64,000 nt of DNA. Source: Candidatus Cloacimonadota bacterium. Its GTDB lineage: Bacteria > Cloacimonadota > Cloacimonadia > G963667145. Below the pieces are notes generated by a model. The model did not search any database, was not told the DNA's origin, and was given only the letters and a program-made list of their open reading frames with translations. The stretch lies in contig OY781092.1 of assembly GCA_963676615.1 (NCBI GenBank), positions 736,001-800,000 on the forward strand. Reading direction: 5' to 3'. Position 1 is the first letter of the stretch; each line of letters starts with the position of its first letter. The translations under genes and the position numbers were made by a program. Of the stretch, positions 10,252-19,151 are shown in pieces.

Positions 10252-10707
10252 ATGATTATCAATTTTATCGTAAACGACAAAAAATATTCGGTTGATGTTG
10301 ACCAGTCAAAAAGGCTGCTGGATGTGCTTCGCGAAGATTTGGGACTCACCGGCACAAAAGAGGGCTGCGCTGTGGGCGAATGTGGAGCTTGCACCGTGAT
10401 TATGGACGGCGAGGCTGTCCACTCGTGCCTGATTATGGCTGGACAACTCGAAGGCAGAAAAATCGAAACTGTCGAAAATTTGGAGCAAAACGCAACCTTG
10501 AGCCGCCTACAAGAGAGCTTTTTGAAACACGGAGCCGTGCAATGCGGCTTCTGCACCCCGGGAATGCTGATGAGCGCCAAAGCGCTTTTGGACAAAGTTT
10601 CAAACCCGAGCCTTGCTCAAATCGAAGAAGCGCTCGAAGGCAACGCTTGCCGTTGCACAGGCTACAAGCCAATCGTTGACGCCATCCAAAATGTGGACAA
10701 AGTCTAG
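10252..10707 (+). CDS. (2Fe-2S) subunit of xanthine dehydrogenase family (CoxS/XdhC-like)
   Basis: GTKEGCAVGECGACTV, QCGFCTPG, GNACRCTGY; AAGGAG RBS. Confidence 0.95.
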   Translation: MIINFIVNDKKYSVDVDQSKRLLDVLREDLGLTGTKEGCAVGECGACTVIMDGEAVHSCLIMAGQLEGRKIETVENLEQNATLSRLQESFLKHGAVQCGFCTPGMLMSAKALLDKVSNPSLAQIEEALEGNACRCTGYKPIVDAIQNVDKV

Positions 10708-10724
10708 TTGCCAGAGGAAAAAAT

Positions 10725-11228
10725 ATGTTGTTAGATTGTTTGAGCAAAAGATATAGCTGCCGAGCTTTTGAGGACAAGCCTATCGAAAAGGAAAAGATCC
10801 AAAACTTGGTGGAAGCCGTGCGGATTGCGCCTTCGGCAATGAACGGACAGCCCTGGAAACTGGTGCTTATTCAAAACAAGGAAAAACTAAACGGGCTAAA
10901 AAATGTGTGCAAGCAAGAGTTCCCCTCTTCTGCCCCTTTGGTCATCGCCGTTTGTTGCTCCAACTTGGACAAAGTTATGACTTGTGGACATCCAGCCTAT
11001 CTTGCCGACGGTTTCGGCGCAACAATGAGCATCCTTGTGCAAGCCACAGCCGAAAATCTTGGCTCATGCTGGCTGGGAGCGTTTATGCAAGAAGAGGCGG
11101 CAAAACTCATAAACTTGCCTGCAGATTACAAAGTTGTCTCGCTAATCCCTATCGGCTATCCCAGCGACGCGATGCCCAAAAAAGAGAGAAAATCTGCCCA
11201 GGAGATCACACTCTACGACAGCTTCTAA
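10725..11228 (+). CDS. Nitroreductase family protein
   Basis: RYSCRAF, APSAMNGQPW, LGSCWLGAF, IPIGYP. Confidence 0.9.
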   Translation: MLLDCLSKRYSCRAFEDKPIEKEKIQNLVEAVRIAPSAMNGQPWKLVLIQNKEKLNGLKNVCKQEFPSSAPLVIAVCCSNLDKVMTCGHPAYLADGFGATMSILVQATAENLGSCWLGAFMQEEAAKLINLPADYKVVSLIPIGYPSDAMPKKERKSAQEITLYDSF

Positions 11229-11238
11229 GCAAAATTAC

Positions 11239-11265
11239 GGTGGTCGAAACTTCGGCCACCTTTTT
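11239..11265 (+). terminator. Rho-independent terminator after the xdh-nitroreductase operon
   Basis: GGTGGTCGAA-AC-TTCGGCCACC followed by TTTTT. Confidence 0.8.
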
Positions 11266-11285
11266 AATATCAGCTTTACACAAAA

Positions 11286-12302
11286 ATGTTAGATTTTTTT
11301 TATCGCTACATAAACCCCGTTAGGCTAAACCTCTTCGCAGACAGCGTAAAAGCTTCGCTCGGCGTGATATTGTCGCTTTGCCTGACGCTCTGGCTCTCGG
11401 ACAATCCCGCTCACTACAAATTCGCCTTCATCTTTTCACTCCAACTAGCTTACGCCAAAAACGGAATCGGACTAAAAAAAAGATTTCCCTTCACAATATT
11501 TTGGTCAGTTTGCCTTGGACTCGCCTTGTCAATCGTGCCGCTGCTCTCGGGGCTGCTCCTGCTCAAATCTGCAATAATCGTCGGCACCATCTTCGCCACC
11601 TACAACCTAAAAGACAGACTCCTTATCTTCAACAACAACCTCGCCGACCAGTTCGTTTTGGATTTTTGCGTCTTCCTTTTTTTGCTTCCCGCAGGAAAAT
11701 TCGACCCCTATTTCTTGCTAATCAGCGTAATCTGCGGGGGAATTTCTTGCATCACAGAACAGCTAATCCTCAACAAAAAAAGTTTGCGAGTCGTAAAATT
11801 TTACCTACTGCGAACATTCCTAAAAATCCCGCCTACTCTGCACAAACTCAGCAAAAAAGCAAAAAATCTGCAACACCTAAAACGCAAAGAAAACTACTTT
11901 TTCTATCTGGAAGCTATCGGCGAAATTCAAGATTTAGAGTCCGTTTTAATTCCCGAAGAAAAGCAAAAAATATTTTACACAAAGCTCATTTTTTTCACAG
12001 CCACAGCGTTTCGAGCGCTAAAAATAATCGAACACAACCTCAGCTTTTGCTCCTACGACTTCCGAAAAGACCTCTCCTACATCTTGAAGCATTACTCCAT
12101 CGCCTACCGAAAAATCGCCGCTTATGTTTTTCACAAAGAGATAGACATCGGTCGCCGAAATCTGAACAAAATGTGCCAAAATTTCAAAAAAAAATACTCT
12201 CAATCGCCAAATCAAGCGCAAGCAAAAATTTTGGTGAGTCTGGAGCGATTGGCAAAATTACCCATCGAAATATCCGAGTGTCTGCAAGATGAAAACAAAT
12301 AA
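11286..12302 (+). CDS. Membrane protein, FUSC/YccS N-terminal-like
   Basis: About 5 N-terminal TM helices then a helical soluble part; overlaps a FUSC gene by 14 nt. Confidence 0.5.
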   Translation: MLDFFYRYINPVRLNLFADSVKASLGVILSLCLTLWLSDNPAHYKFAFIFSLQLAYAKNGIGLKKRFPFTIFWSVCLGLALSIVPLLSGLLLLKSAIIVGTIFATYNLKDRLLIFNNNLADQFVLDFCVFLFLLPAGKFDPYFLLISVICGGISCITEQLILNKKSLRVVKFYLLRTFLKIPPTLHKLSKKAKNLQHLKRKENYFFYLEAIGEIQDLESVLIPEEKQKIFYTKLIFFTATAFRALKIIEHNLSFCSYDFRKDLSYILKHYSIAYRKIAAYVFHKEIDIGRRNLNKMCQNFKKKYSQSPNQAQAKILVSLERLAKLPIEISECLQDENK

Positions 12303-13248
12303 TCGCCTGAGCATCCAAGTCCCGCTTGCCATAACCGTCGGCATCGTCGTCACGCACCTGCTGAAAATCGACAAGCCATACTGGACGCTCTTGACCATCA
12401 TCCTGCTCATCTGCCCCCGCTACGAGCAAACCTTGTTCAAAAGTTTCTTGCGAATCGTCTCCACAATTTTGGGCAGCACACTCTGCGGCGTCACGCTTTG
12501 GCTCTTCAACTACCCGCAAACCTACTACATCCTGGCTGGCACAGGCGCATATTTCATCATCTACTACGGAAAAATTTCCTACTTCAAATCGATATTTTTT
12601 GCCTCTGTAATGGTCATCGCCCTCTTCGGAATCGCAGAGCCGTGGTCTTGGCAAATCGTAAGCAAACGCATATTTCAAACCGCCTTGGGAGCCAGCATCG
12701 CCATTTTTGTCAGCATAATAATCACGCCCGACAAAAACAAACGAACCTACTTCGCCACCGTCCAAGAGATTCTGCGCCAAGAGCTGCTCTTCTACAAAGA
12801 AGGAAGCATCATCTTTTTCTCCTACGAAAAATATTGGGAAATCTTGAAAAAAAACCGCCAAAACCTCACAACGCTCCGCAAAACAGAACTCGAAATATTT
12901 TTCAAAAAAATAATCACCTTCCGAAATTGGAAAAATTTTCACCTCTCAAAAATTCTCAACCGCAACCTGATCATCATCGCCGATATCTTCTTTGTCCTCA
13001 ACAAAATAAACCGCCAAGACAGAGACTTTTCGCCTTACCTGAAACTTTTTCACGCACTTGTCAACAAGGAATTTGAGTCACTGGGAAAACTCCTAAATCT
13101 GGAAATCGAGTTCGTCCAACCACGCGAAATCCCCATTTTTTTGCCAAACGACATCGACTATCTGAGCATCCTTAGTTTTTGCGAGAAACTCACCGCAAAC
13201 CTGCGTCTAACCAGAACCTTAATCTGCAAAAATCAAAATGAAGCTTAG
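12289..13248 (+). CDS. FUSC (aromatic acid exporter) family protein
   Basis: PYWTLLTIILLICP, RIVSTILG, RIFQTALG motifs. Confidence 0.75.
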   Translation: MKTNNRLSIQVPLAITVGIVVTHLLKIDKPYWTLLTIILLICPRYEQTLFKSFLRIVSTILGSTLCGVTLWLFNYPQTYYILAGTGAYFIIYYGKISYFKSIFFASVMVIALFGIAEPWSWQIVSKRIFQTALGASIAIFVSIIITPDKNKRTYFATVQEILRQELLFYKEGSIIFFSYEKYWEILKKNRQNLTTLRKTELEIFFKKIITFRNWKNFHLSKILNRNLIIIADIFFVLNKINRQDRDFSPYLKLFHALVNKEFESLGKLLNLEIEFVQPREIPIFLPNDIDYLSILSFCEKLTANLRLTRTLICKNQNEA

Positions 13249-13606
13249 AGAAAAACTGCTCAAAAATTTCCAGTGTCAAGGCTGCGGACGCTGCTGCCAA
13301 AGACCAGGCGGCGTTGTTTATATTTCAATCAGCGAAGCTCATAACATCGCAAAATTTTTGCAAAAACCGCTATTTATGTTCCTGCAAGAAAATTGCAAGA
13401 AACAAAGAGGCTGGCTCGTTTTGAGCGATGCAAAATTTTTCCCCAAGTGCTATTTAGACCAAAACAAAAAATGCAAAATCTACCCCGTTCGCCCAAAATA
13501 TTGCCGCCAATACCCCCTGACCCGCGATGTTCTCAAAAGCGACAAAACCATTTTAGCCGAGTCAAAAACCTGCCCCGCAATCGCCGCAGCAATAGGCAAA
13601 AGCTAA
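13238..13606 (+). CDS. YkgJ-family cysteine-cluster protein
   Basis: CQGCGRCC ... CKIYPVRPKYCRQYP. Confidence 0.88.
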   Translation: MKLREKLLKNFQCQGCGRCCQRPGGVVYISISEAHNIAKFLQKPLFMFLQENCKKQRGWLVLSDAKFFPKCYLDQNKKCKIYPVRPKYCRQYPLTRDVLKSDKTILAESKTCPAIAAAIGKS

Positions 13607-13683
13607 CTTTTCCCTGTAGATTTTTTAGAATATGTTGACCAAATTTGTTCAAAGAAAAAGATAGCGATATGAATAATTTAAAA
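13598..13683 (+). repeat. About 85-bp duplicated upstream/promoter segment, copy 1 (copy 2 at 15426-15511)
   Basis: AAAAGCTAACTTTTCCCTG(T/C)AGATTTTTTAGAA....TTGACCAAA...ATAGC..TATGAATAATTTAAAA occurs before rarD1 and rarD3. Confidence 0.85.
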
Positions 13684-14550
13684 AAAGAAGAATTTGCTGG
13701 AGTTATGGAGTCTGTTTTTGCTTGCATTATTTGGGGGCTTTCGCCGCTTTATTGGCTATTGCTGGAAAGCGTTAGCCCGTGGATAATCGTCGCCAACAGA
13801 ATTATTTGGGCGTGCGTGATGATGTTCATCATAATTCTTTTCCGCAAAGAATTACCAAGCATCAAACCAATTTTCCGCGAAGCAAAAGGAATCGCAACCA
13901 TAATTATCTGTGCCTGCCTTATCCTCAGCAACTGGAGCATTTACATCTGGGCAATAAACCACCAACTTGTCATAGACGCCTCTTTGGCTGGCTACATCAG
14001 ACCCTTGATGGTAATTTTGTTTAGTAAAATCTTTTTCGGGGAGCAGTTCGACTTGCTCAAAAAAATCTCAATTTTAATCGCTGTAATCGGCATCGCCGTT
14101 ATGATTTTTCTCTATGGAAGCATCCCTTATGTCTCTCTTAGCTTAGCCATTACTTTCTCCGTTTACGGCTTGCTCAAAAAGAAAGTAAAATACACTCCTG
14201 TTCAAACGATGTTTATGGAAACCTTGTTTCTCTTCATCCCAGCTGTTTTATTTCTCTTTTTCTTCCCATCTCCAGCGGGCACTTTTAAATTTTCCAACTG
14301 GATTTTATTTGCCATAGGAGGAGTTGTCACAGGTCTTCCCCTTTTTCTTTTCGCTTCTGGAGTAAAAAAGACAAAACTCTCAACACAAGGTTATCTACAA
14401 TTTATCTTGCCGACAATTTTCTTTTTCCTGAGCGACTATATCCTACACGAAAAAATAAGCAACGCCGAATTTGTGGGGCTTTATTTTTTCTGGGCAGCGT
14501 GCATTATCTTTATAATCTCGATTTTTGTTAGCAAATCAAAAAATGTCTAA
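13669..14550 (+). CDS. rarD: RarD-type EamA/DMT permease, paralog 1
   Basis: IWGLSPLYW, NWSIYIWAIN, ASLAGYIRPL, FSVYGLLKK, GYLQFILPT. Confidence 0.88.
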   Translation: MNNLKKEEFAGVMESVFACIIWGLSPLYWLLLESVSPWIIVANRIIWACVMMFIIILFRKELPSIKPIFREAKGIATIIICACLILSNWSIYIWAINHQLVIDASLAGYIRPLMVILFSKIFFGEQFDLLKKISILIAVIGIAVMIFLYGSIPYVSLSLAITFSVYGLLKKKVKYTPVQTMFMETLFLFIPAVLFLFFFPSPAGTFKFSNWILFAIGGVVTGLPLFLFASGVKKTKLSTQGYLQFILPTIFFFLSDYILHEKISNAEFVGLYFFWAACIIFIISIFVSKSKNV

Positions 14551-15424
14551 ACTGAAAAACAAAGAGCTTGCGGGCAGTTTAGAGTCGATTTTTGTTTATC
14601 TCATCTGGGGAGTCTCGCCGCTTTTTTGGCAATTACTGGATAGCGTCAGCCCGTGGATAGTCGTCGCCAACAGAATTATCTGGGCGTGTGTGATGATGTT
14701 CATCATAATTCTTTTCCGCAAAGAGCTGCAAAACATAAAAGCAATTTTTTGCGACATAAAGGGGCTTGCCACTATCTTCGTCTGCGCCTGTCTTATCCTG
14801 AGCAAATGGTGCGTTTACATCTGGGCGGTCGAGAGCCAACTGGTAATAGAAGTCTCTCTGGGAGCCTATATCAGACCACTGATGATAATCTTGTTTGGCA
14901 AAATATTTTTTGGAGAACAATTCGACCTGCTCAAAAAAATCTCACTAATCATCGCCATAACTGGCATCGCCATTATGATTTTTCTCTACGGAAAAATCCC
15001 CTATGTTGCACTAAGTTTGGCATCAACTTTCGCCGTTTACAGCTTAATCAAAAAAAGAATAAAATACTCGCCAATCCAAACGATGTTTATGGAGACCTTT
15101 TTACTGCTTGTCCCTTCCATTTTGTTTGTCGTTTTTTTTCCAGCACCAGCCAGCACTTTCAAATTTTCCAACTGGATTTTATTTATCTTAGGCGGCGTTC
15201 TCACTGGGTATCCCTTTATGCTCTTCGCTTCCGCTGTGAAAAAAGTGAAACTCTCAACGCAAGGCTATCTGCAATTCATTTTGCCAACACTAATCTTCTT
15301 CCTCAGCGATTTTGTCCTAAAAGAAAAAATAAGCCACGCCGAATATGTTGGGCTTTACTTCGTCTGGAGCGCCTGCCTTGTCTTTATAATCTCCATATTT
15401 GTCAATCGACCGAAATCCAAATAA
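14543..15424 (+). CDS. rarD: RarD-type EamA/DMT permease, paralog 2
   Basis: Same motifs; long nucleotide identities with paralog 1. Confidence 0.88.
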   Translation: MSKLKNKELAGSLESIFVYLIWGVSPLFWQLLDSVSPWIVVANRIIWACVMMFIIILFRKELQNIKAIFCDIKGLATIFVCACLILSKWCVYIWAVESQLVIEVSLGAYIRPLMIILFGKIFFGEQFDLLKKISLIIAITGIAIMIFLYGKIPYVALSLASTFAVYSLIKKRIKYSPIQTMFMETFLLLVPSILFVVFFPAPASTFKFSNWILFILGGVLTGYPFMLFASAVKKVKLSTQGYLQFILPTLIFFLSDFVLKEKISHAEYVGLYFVWSACLVFIISIFVNRPKSK

Positions 15425-15425
15425 A

Positions 15426-15511
15426 AAAAGCTAACTTTTCCCTGCAGATTTTTTAGAAGATATTGACCAAAAATCTCCACAAAAAAAAATAGCTTTATGA
15501 ATAATTTAAAA
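15426..15511 (+). repeat. About 85-bp duplicated upstream/promoter segment, copy 2
   Basis: Near-identical to 13598-13683. Confidence 0.85.
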
Positions 15512-16390
15512 TACCAACGAACGCTTGGGGGGCTGGAATCGATCTCCGCCTACACCATCTGGGGCTTGACCCCGCTGTTTTGGAATCTGCTCGCTCAAGT
15601 CAGTCCGTGGCTAATTATCGCCAACCGAATGCTCTGGTCGTGCGTGATGATGTTCCTTTTGATTCTTATCTACAAGCAGCTGCCAGCCATCAAAGCCATT
15701 TTCTGCGACACAAAAGGGCTGCTAACAATCTTGATTTGCTCCTGCCTGATTTTTTGCAACTGGAGCCTTTACATCTGGGCAGTCAGCGAAAAACTCGTCA
15801 TCGAAGCCTCACTCGGCTACTACATAAACCCGCTGATGGTTCTACTATTTAGCAAAATTTTCCTAGGCGAGGAGTTCGATTTGCTCAAAAAAATCTCGAT
15901 ACTTATCGCCGTGAGCGGCATCGCCATTATGGTCTTTCACTACGGCAACTTTCCCTATGTATCCATCAGCTTGTCCACAACATTCGCCATCTACGGCTTA
16001 ATCAAAAAACGGATAAAATACTCGCCAATTCAAACGATGTTTATGGAAAATCTGTTTTTCTTCATCCCCGCTCTTCTGTTCATTTTTTACTCGCCCGCAA
16101 CCTACACATTTCATCTTTCTACACAAATCTTACTCGCTCTAAGCGGCGTCGTTACTGGAGTTCCGCTAATTCTTTTTGCCGCAGGAGTAAAAAAAGTAAA
16201 CCTCTCAACGCAAGGCTATTTTCAATTTATCGCCCCCACAATAATGTTTTTTCTGAGCAAATATGTCCTAAAAGAAAACATAAACCACGCTCAATTTATC
16301 GGACTTTTTTTCGTCTGGGCAGCGTGCCTTGTTTTCATAATTTCGCTATTCGTTCAAAAAAAAGAAATCGTGAGCAGGCATAAAAAATGA
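15497..16390 (+). CDS. rarD: RarD-type EamA/DMT permease, paralog 3
   Basis: EASLGYYINPL (canonical RarD motif), GYFQFIAPT. Confidence 0.9.
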   Translation: MNNLKYQRTLGGLESISAYTIWGLTPLFWNLLAQVSPWLIIANRMLWSCVMMFLLILIYKQLPAIKAIFCDTKGLLTILICSCLIFCNWSLYIWAVSEKLVIEASLGYYINPLMVLLFSKIFLGEEFDLLKKISILIAVSGIAIMVFHYGNFPYVSISLSTTFAIYGLIKKRIKYSPIQTMFMENLFFFIPALLFIFYSPATYTFHLSTQILLALSGVVTGVPLILFAAGVKKVNLSTQGYFQFIAPTIMFFLSKYVLKENINHAQFIGLFFVWAACLVFIISLFVQKKEIVSRHKK

Positions 16391-18216
16391 AATACGATGT
16401 AATCGTCGTCGGCGCAGGACACGCAGGATGCGAAGCCGCCTGCATCGCCGCAAAAATGGGCGCCAAAACCGCTATGTTCGTCATCAAATACGAGTCCGTC
16501 GGCAGAATGTCGTGCAATCCGTCGATTGGCGGACCAGCCAAAGGACACATCGCCAAAGAGATAGACGCGCTTGGCGGCGTAATGGCAAAAACCGCCGATA
16601 AGACCGGCATCCAATTCCGAATGCTCAACAAAGGCAAAGGTCCCGCAGTCTGGTCGCCTCGCTGCCAAAACGACCGTCAGCAATACTCGCACCAGATGCT
16701 CATCAACTGCGAAAATCAAGAAAATCTGGACATAATCGAAAGCTGCATCGACCACCTTCTGGTCAAAGACGGACAAGTTCAAGGCGTGGTCAGCCATTTG
16801 CAACAGGAGTATCACGCACCCAGAGTCGTCCTTGCTTGCGGAACATTTTTGCAAGGCATCATCCATATCGGACAAACCAGCTATTCTGGCGGACGCTCGG
16901 GCGAACCTTCGGCGGACAAACTCACCCAAGATTTGCAAAAATTGGGCTTCACAATCGGCAGATTCAAAACAGGAACTCCAGCTCGAATCGACTTGCGCAC
17001 GATTGACTATTCCAAAATGATCGAACAAGCTGGCGACGCCCAGCCCGAAGGCTTTAGCCTCTATCGCGACATCGAAATCCAAAATCTTTGCAGCTGCTGG
17101 CTGACTTTCACCAATCCACGCACGCACGAAATTGTCCGCTCAAATTTCGACAAATCGTCGCTCTATTCAGGCAGAATTAGCGGCACGGGTCCAAGATATT
17201 GCCCATCTATCGAGACAAAAATCGACCGTTTCGCCGACAAAGACCGTCACCAAGTTTTCATCGAGCCAGAAGGACTCGACACCCACGAAGGCTACATAAA
17301 CGGAATGTCCAACAGCCTTGCACCCCAAGTGCAACACGAGTTCATCCGTTCTATCGCAGGCCTTGCAAACGCCAAATTCATCCGCTACGCCTACGCAATC
17401 GAATACGACTACATCATCCCCTCGCAAATCAAATCCACGCTGGAGAGCAAACCGATAAAAGGGCTGTATCTGGCTGGGCAAATCAACGGAACTTCGGGCT
17501 ACGAAGAAGCAGCCGCACAAGGAATTATAGCTGGAATCAACGCCGTGAAAAGCCTAAACGGCACCAGCTACGACTTCGTTTTGGGCAGAGAAAGCTCCTA
17601 CATCGGCGTTTTGATCGACGACCTGGTCACCAAAGGCACCGACGAGCCGTATCGAATGTTCACCTCCAGAGCAGAATACCGCCTTTTTTTGCGCCAAGAC
17701 AACGCCGACAATCGCCTAATGCCGCTTGGATACGAGCTGGGAACAGTTTCAGGAAAAAGATATGAAAAATTTTTACAAACCGAAAAAATCGTAAAAAAAG
17801 AGATCGACTTTTTAAAAAAGAAAAAATCGACTAAGCATCCAGACCTAAAAGAGCCAATGAAACTATCGCAAATTCTGAAAAGACCAGGCGTTAGCCTCCA
17901 AAATTTGCAAGAGTTTGGCTATAAACCTGCCCAAGATATCAGCAAAATCGCTGCCGAAAAAATCGAAATCGAAATCAAATACGAAGGTTACATCAAAAGA
18001 CAGCTGGCGGACATCGCGAGTTTCAAATCTTTGGAAAGCACCAAATTTCCCAGCGACCTTGACTTTTCCCAAATCGACACAATAACTTTGGAAGCCCGCG
18101 AAAAACTGCAAAAAATCAAACCGACCTCTTTGGGGCAAGCCAGCAGAATTTCTGGAATTTCGCACGCTGACATCACCTCAATTTTGGTGTTTTTAAAAAA
18201 ACTTAACTCAAAATAG
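16387..18216 (+). CDS. mnmG: tRNA U34 modification enzyme MnmG (GidA)
   Basis: VVGAGHAGCEAA, MSCNPSIGG, GPRYCPSIE, AGQINGTSGYEEAAAQG. Confidence 0.98.
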   Translation: MKYDVIVVGAGHAGCEAACIAAKMGAKTAMFVIKYESVGRMSCNPSIGGPAKGHIAKEIDALGGVMAKTADKTGIQFRMLNKGKGPAVWSPRCQNDRQQYSHQMLINCENQENLDIIESCIDHLLVKDGQVQGVVSHLQQEYHAPRVVLACGTFLQGIIHIGQTSYSGGRSGEPSADKLTQDLQKLGFTIGRFKTGTPARIDLRTIDYSKMIEQAGDAQPEGFSLYRDIEIQNLCSCWLTFTNPRTHEIVRSNFDKSSLYSGRISGTGPRYCPSIETKIDRFADKDRHQVFIEPEGLDTHEGYINGMSNSLAPQVQHEFIRSIAGLANAKFIRYAYAIEYDYIIPSQIKSTLESKPIKGLYLAGQINGTSGYEEAAAQGIIAGINAVKSLNGTSYDFVLGRESSYIGVLIDDLVTKGTDEPYRMFTSRAEYRLFLRQDNADNRLMPLGYELGTVSGKRYEKFLQTEKIVKKEIDFLKKKKSTKHPDLKEPMKLSQILKRPGVSLQNLQEFGYKPAQDISKIAAEKIEIEIKYEGYIKRQLADIASFKSLESTKFPSDLDFSQIDTITLEAREKLQKIKPTSLGQASRISGISHADITSILVFLKKLNSK

Positions 18217-18225
18217 GAGAAAATT

Positions 18226-18372
18226 ATGAAAATTTTTGGAATTTCCCTCGTTGCTTGTTTGATTTTTTTGGGATGCGCTCAAACCCCCAAAAAACAAAGC
18301 AAACCCAGCAATTCGCAAAGCATTGAGCGAGCCGCAAAATCTTTTCAAAAGCTAGACAAGGAGACAAATTAG
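18226..18372 (+). CDS. Small 48-aa putative lipoprotein (not in the ORF track)
   Basis: AGGAG RBS at 18215-18219; MKIFGISLVACLIFLGCAQTPKKQSKPSNSQSIERAAKSFQKLDKETN; FLGC lipobox; fills the mnmG-birA gap. Confidence 0.75.
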   Translation: MKIFGISLVACLIFLGCAQTPKKQSKPSNSQSIERAAKSFQKLDKETN

Positions 18373-18382
18373 CCCGCAAACT

Positions 18383-19105
18383 ATGGACTCTCACCCACTT
18401 TTTGAGCAAATTTTTTCGCTCGAGCGTTGCAGCTCGACAATGAATGAGGCGCGCAATCAGCTCTCTAGCTTGAGCGGAAACGCCCTTTTCATCGCCAAAG
18501 AGCAGCTAGCGGGCTGCGGCAGAAAAGGAAACTCGTGGCACTCTCCCCGCGGCGGTCTGTGGTTCACAATGGCTCTTAAAGGGCTAGATGTGCCTGCTGG
18601 CTTCACCTTATTCGTCGGGCAATGCCTACATAGCGCAATCTGCAGGCTGACCCCATCGAGCGACATCTACATAAAATGGCCGAACGACATCTACCTCAAA
18701 GAGAAAAAAGTCGCCGGCATCATCGTCAAAAAAATCCAAGATTACCACCTCGTCGGAGTTGGCGTTAACACAAGCTGTGAGCTTCCCAATTTTTTGCAAA
18801 AAACCGCCACAACTCTGCAAAAATACGAGAATATCGACAACGAAAAAATTCTCTCCGCTTTTTTGGACACTTTTCAGGAAAAGCTAATCGACTATCTCGA
18901 AGACGGTTTGGACGAAAAATATCTGAACCAATTTTCTCTGCTACAAGGGCGAAAAATAACTCTAGGAACAGAATTTAGCAACTTCAGCGGCGTTGTTCAA
19001 AAAATCAGCAAAGACGGCAAAATCGTTCTTCTTTTGGACAACGGACTCACGCAACCGTTTTTTTCTGGTTCTGTCCTGAATTTTTCTGCCAATAAAAAAA
19101 GGTAA
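18383..19105 (+). CDS. birA: Biotin-protein ligase (no HTH domain)
   Basis: SSTM, EQLAGCGRKGNSWHSP, IKWPNDI, KKVAGI, GVGVN. Confidence 0.92.
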   Translation: MDSHPLFEQIFSLERCSSTMNEARNQLSSLSGNALFIAKEQLAGCGRKGNSWHSPRGGLWFTMALKGLDVPAGFTLFVGQCLHSAICRLTPSSDIYIKWPNDIYLKEKKVAGIIVKKIQDYHLVGVGVNTSCELPNFLQKTATTLQKYENIDNEKILSAFLDTFQEKLIDYLEDGLDEKYLNQFSLLQGRKITLGTEFSNFSGVVQKISKDGKIVLLLDNGLTQPFFSGSVLNFSANKKR

Positions 19106-19141
19106 GTTTTCAAATTTTTGAAGAAACTTACCCTATTTTTT
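19094..19141. terminator. Probable bidirectional terminator between convergent birA and ugd
   Basis: GGTAAGTTTT...AAACTTACC stem flanked by A- and T-runs. Confidence 0.6.
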
Positions 19142-19151
19142 AGGTTAAAAA

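Noticed and set aside
7056..10707. Selenocysteine or stop-codon recoding in xdh genes, or an alternative genetic code
   Set aside because: No in-frame TGA interrupts these or other conserved genes; all housekeeping proteins are full length under code 11
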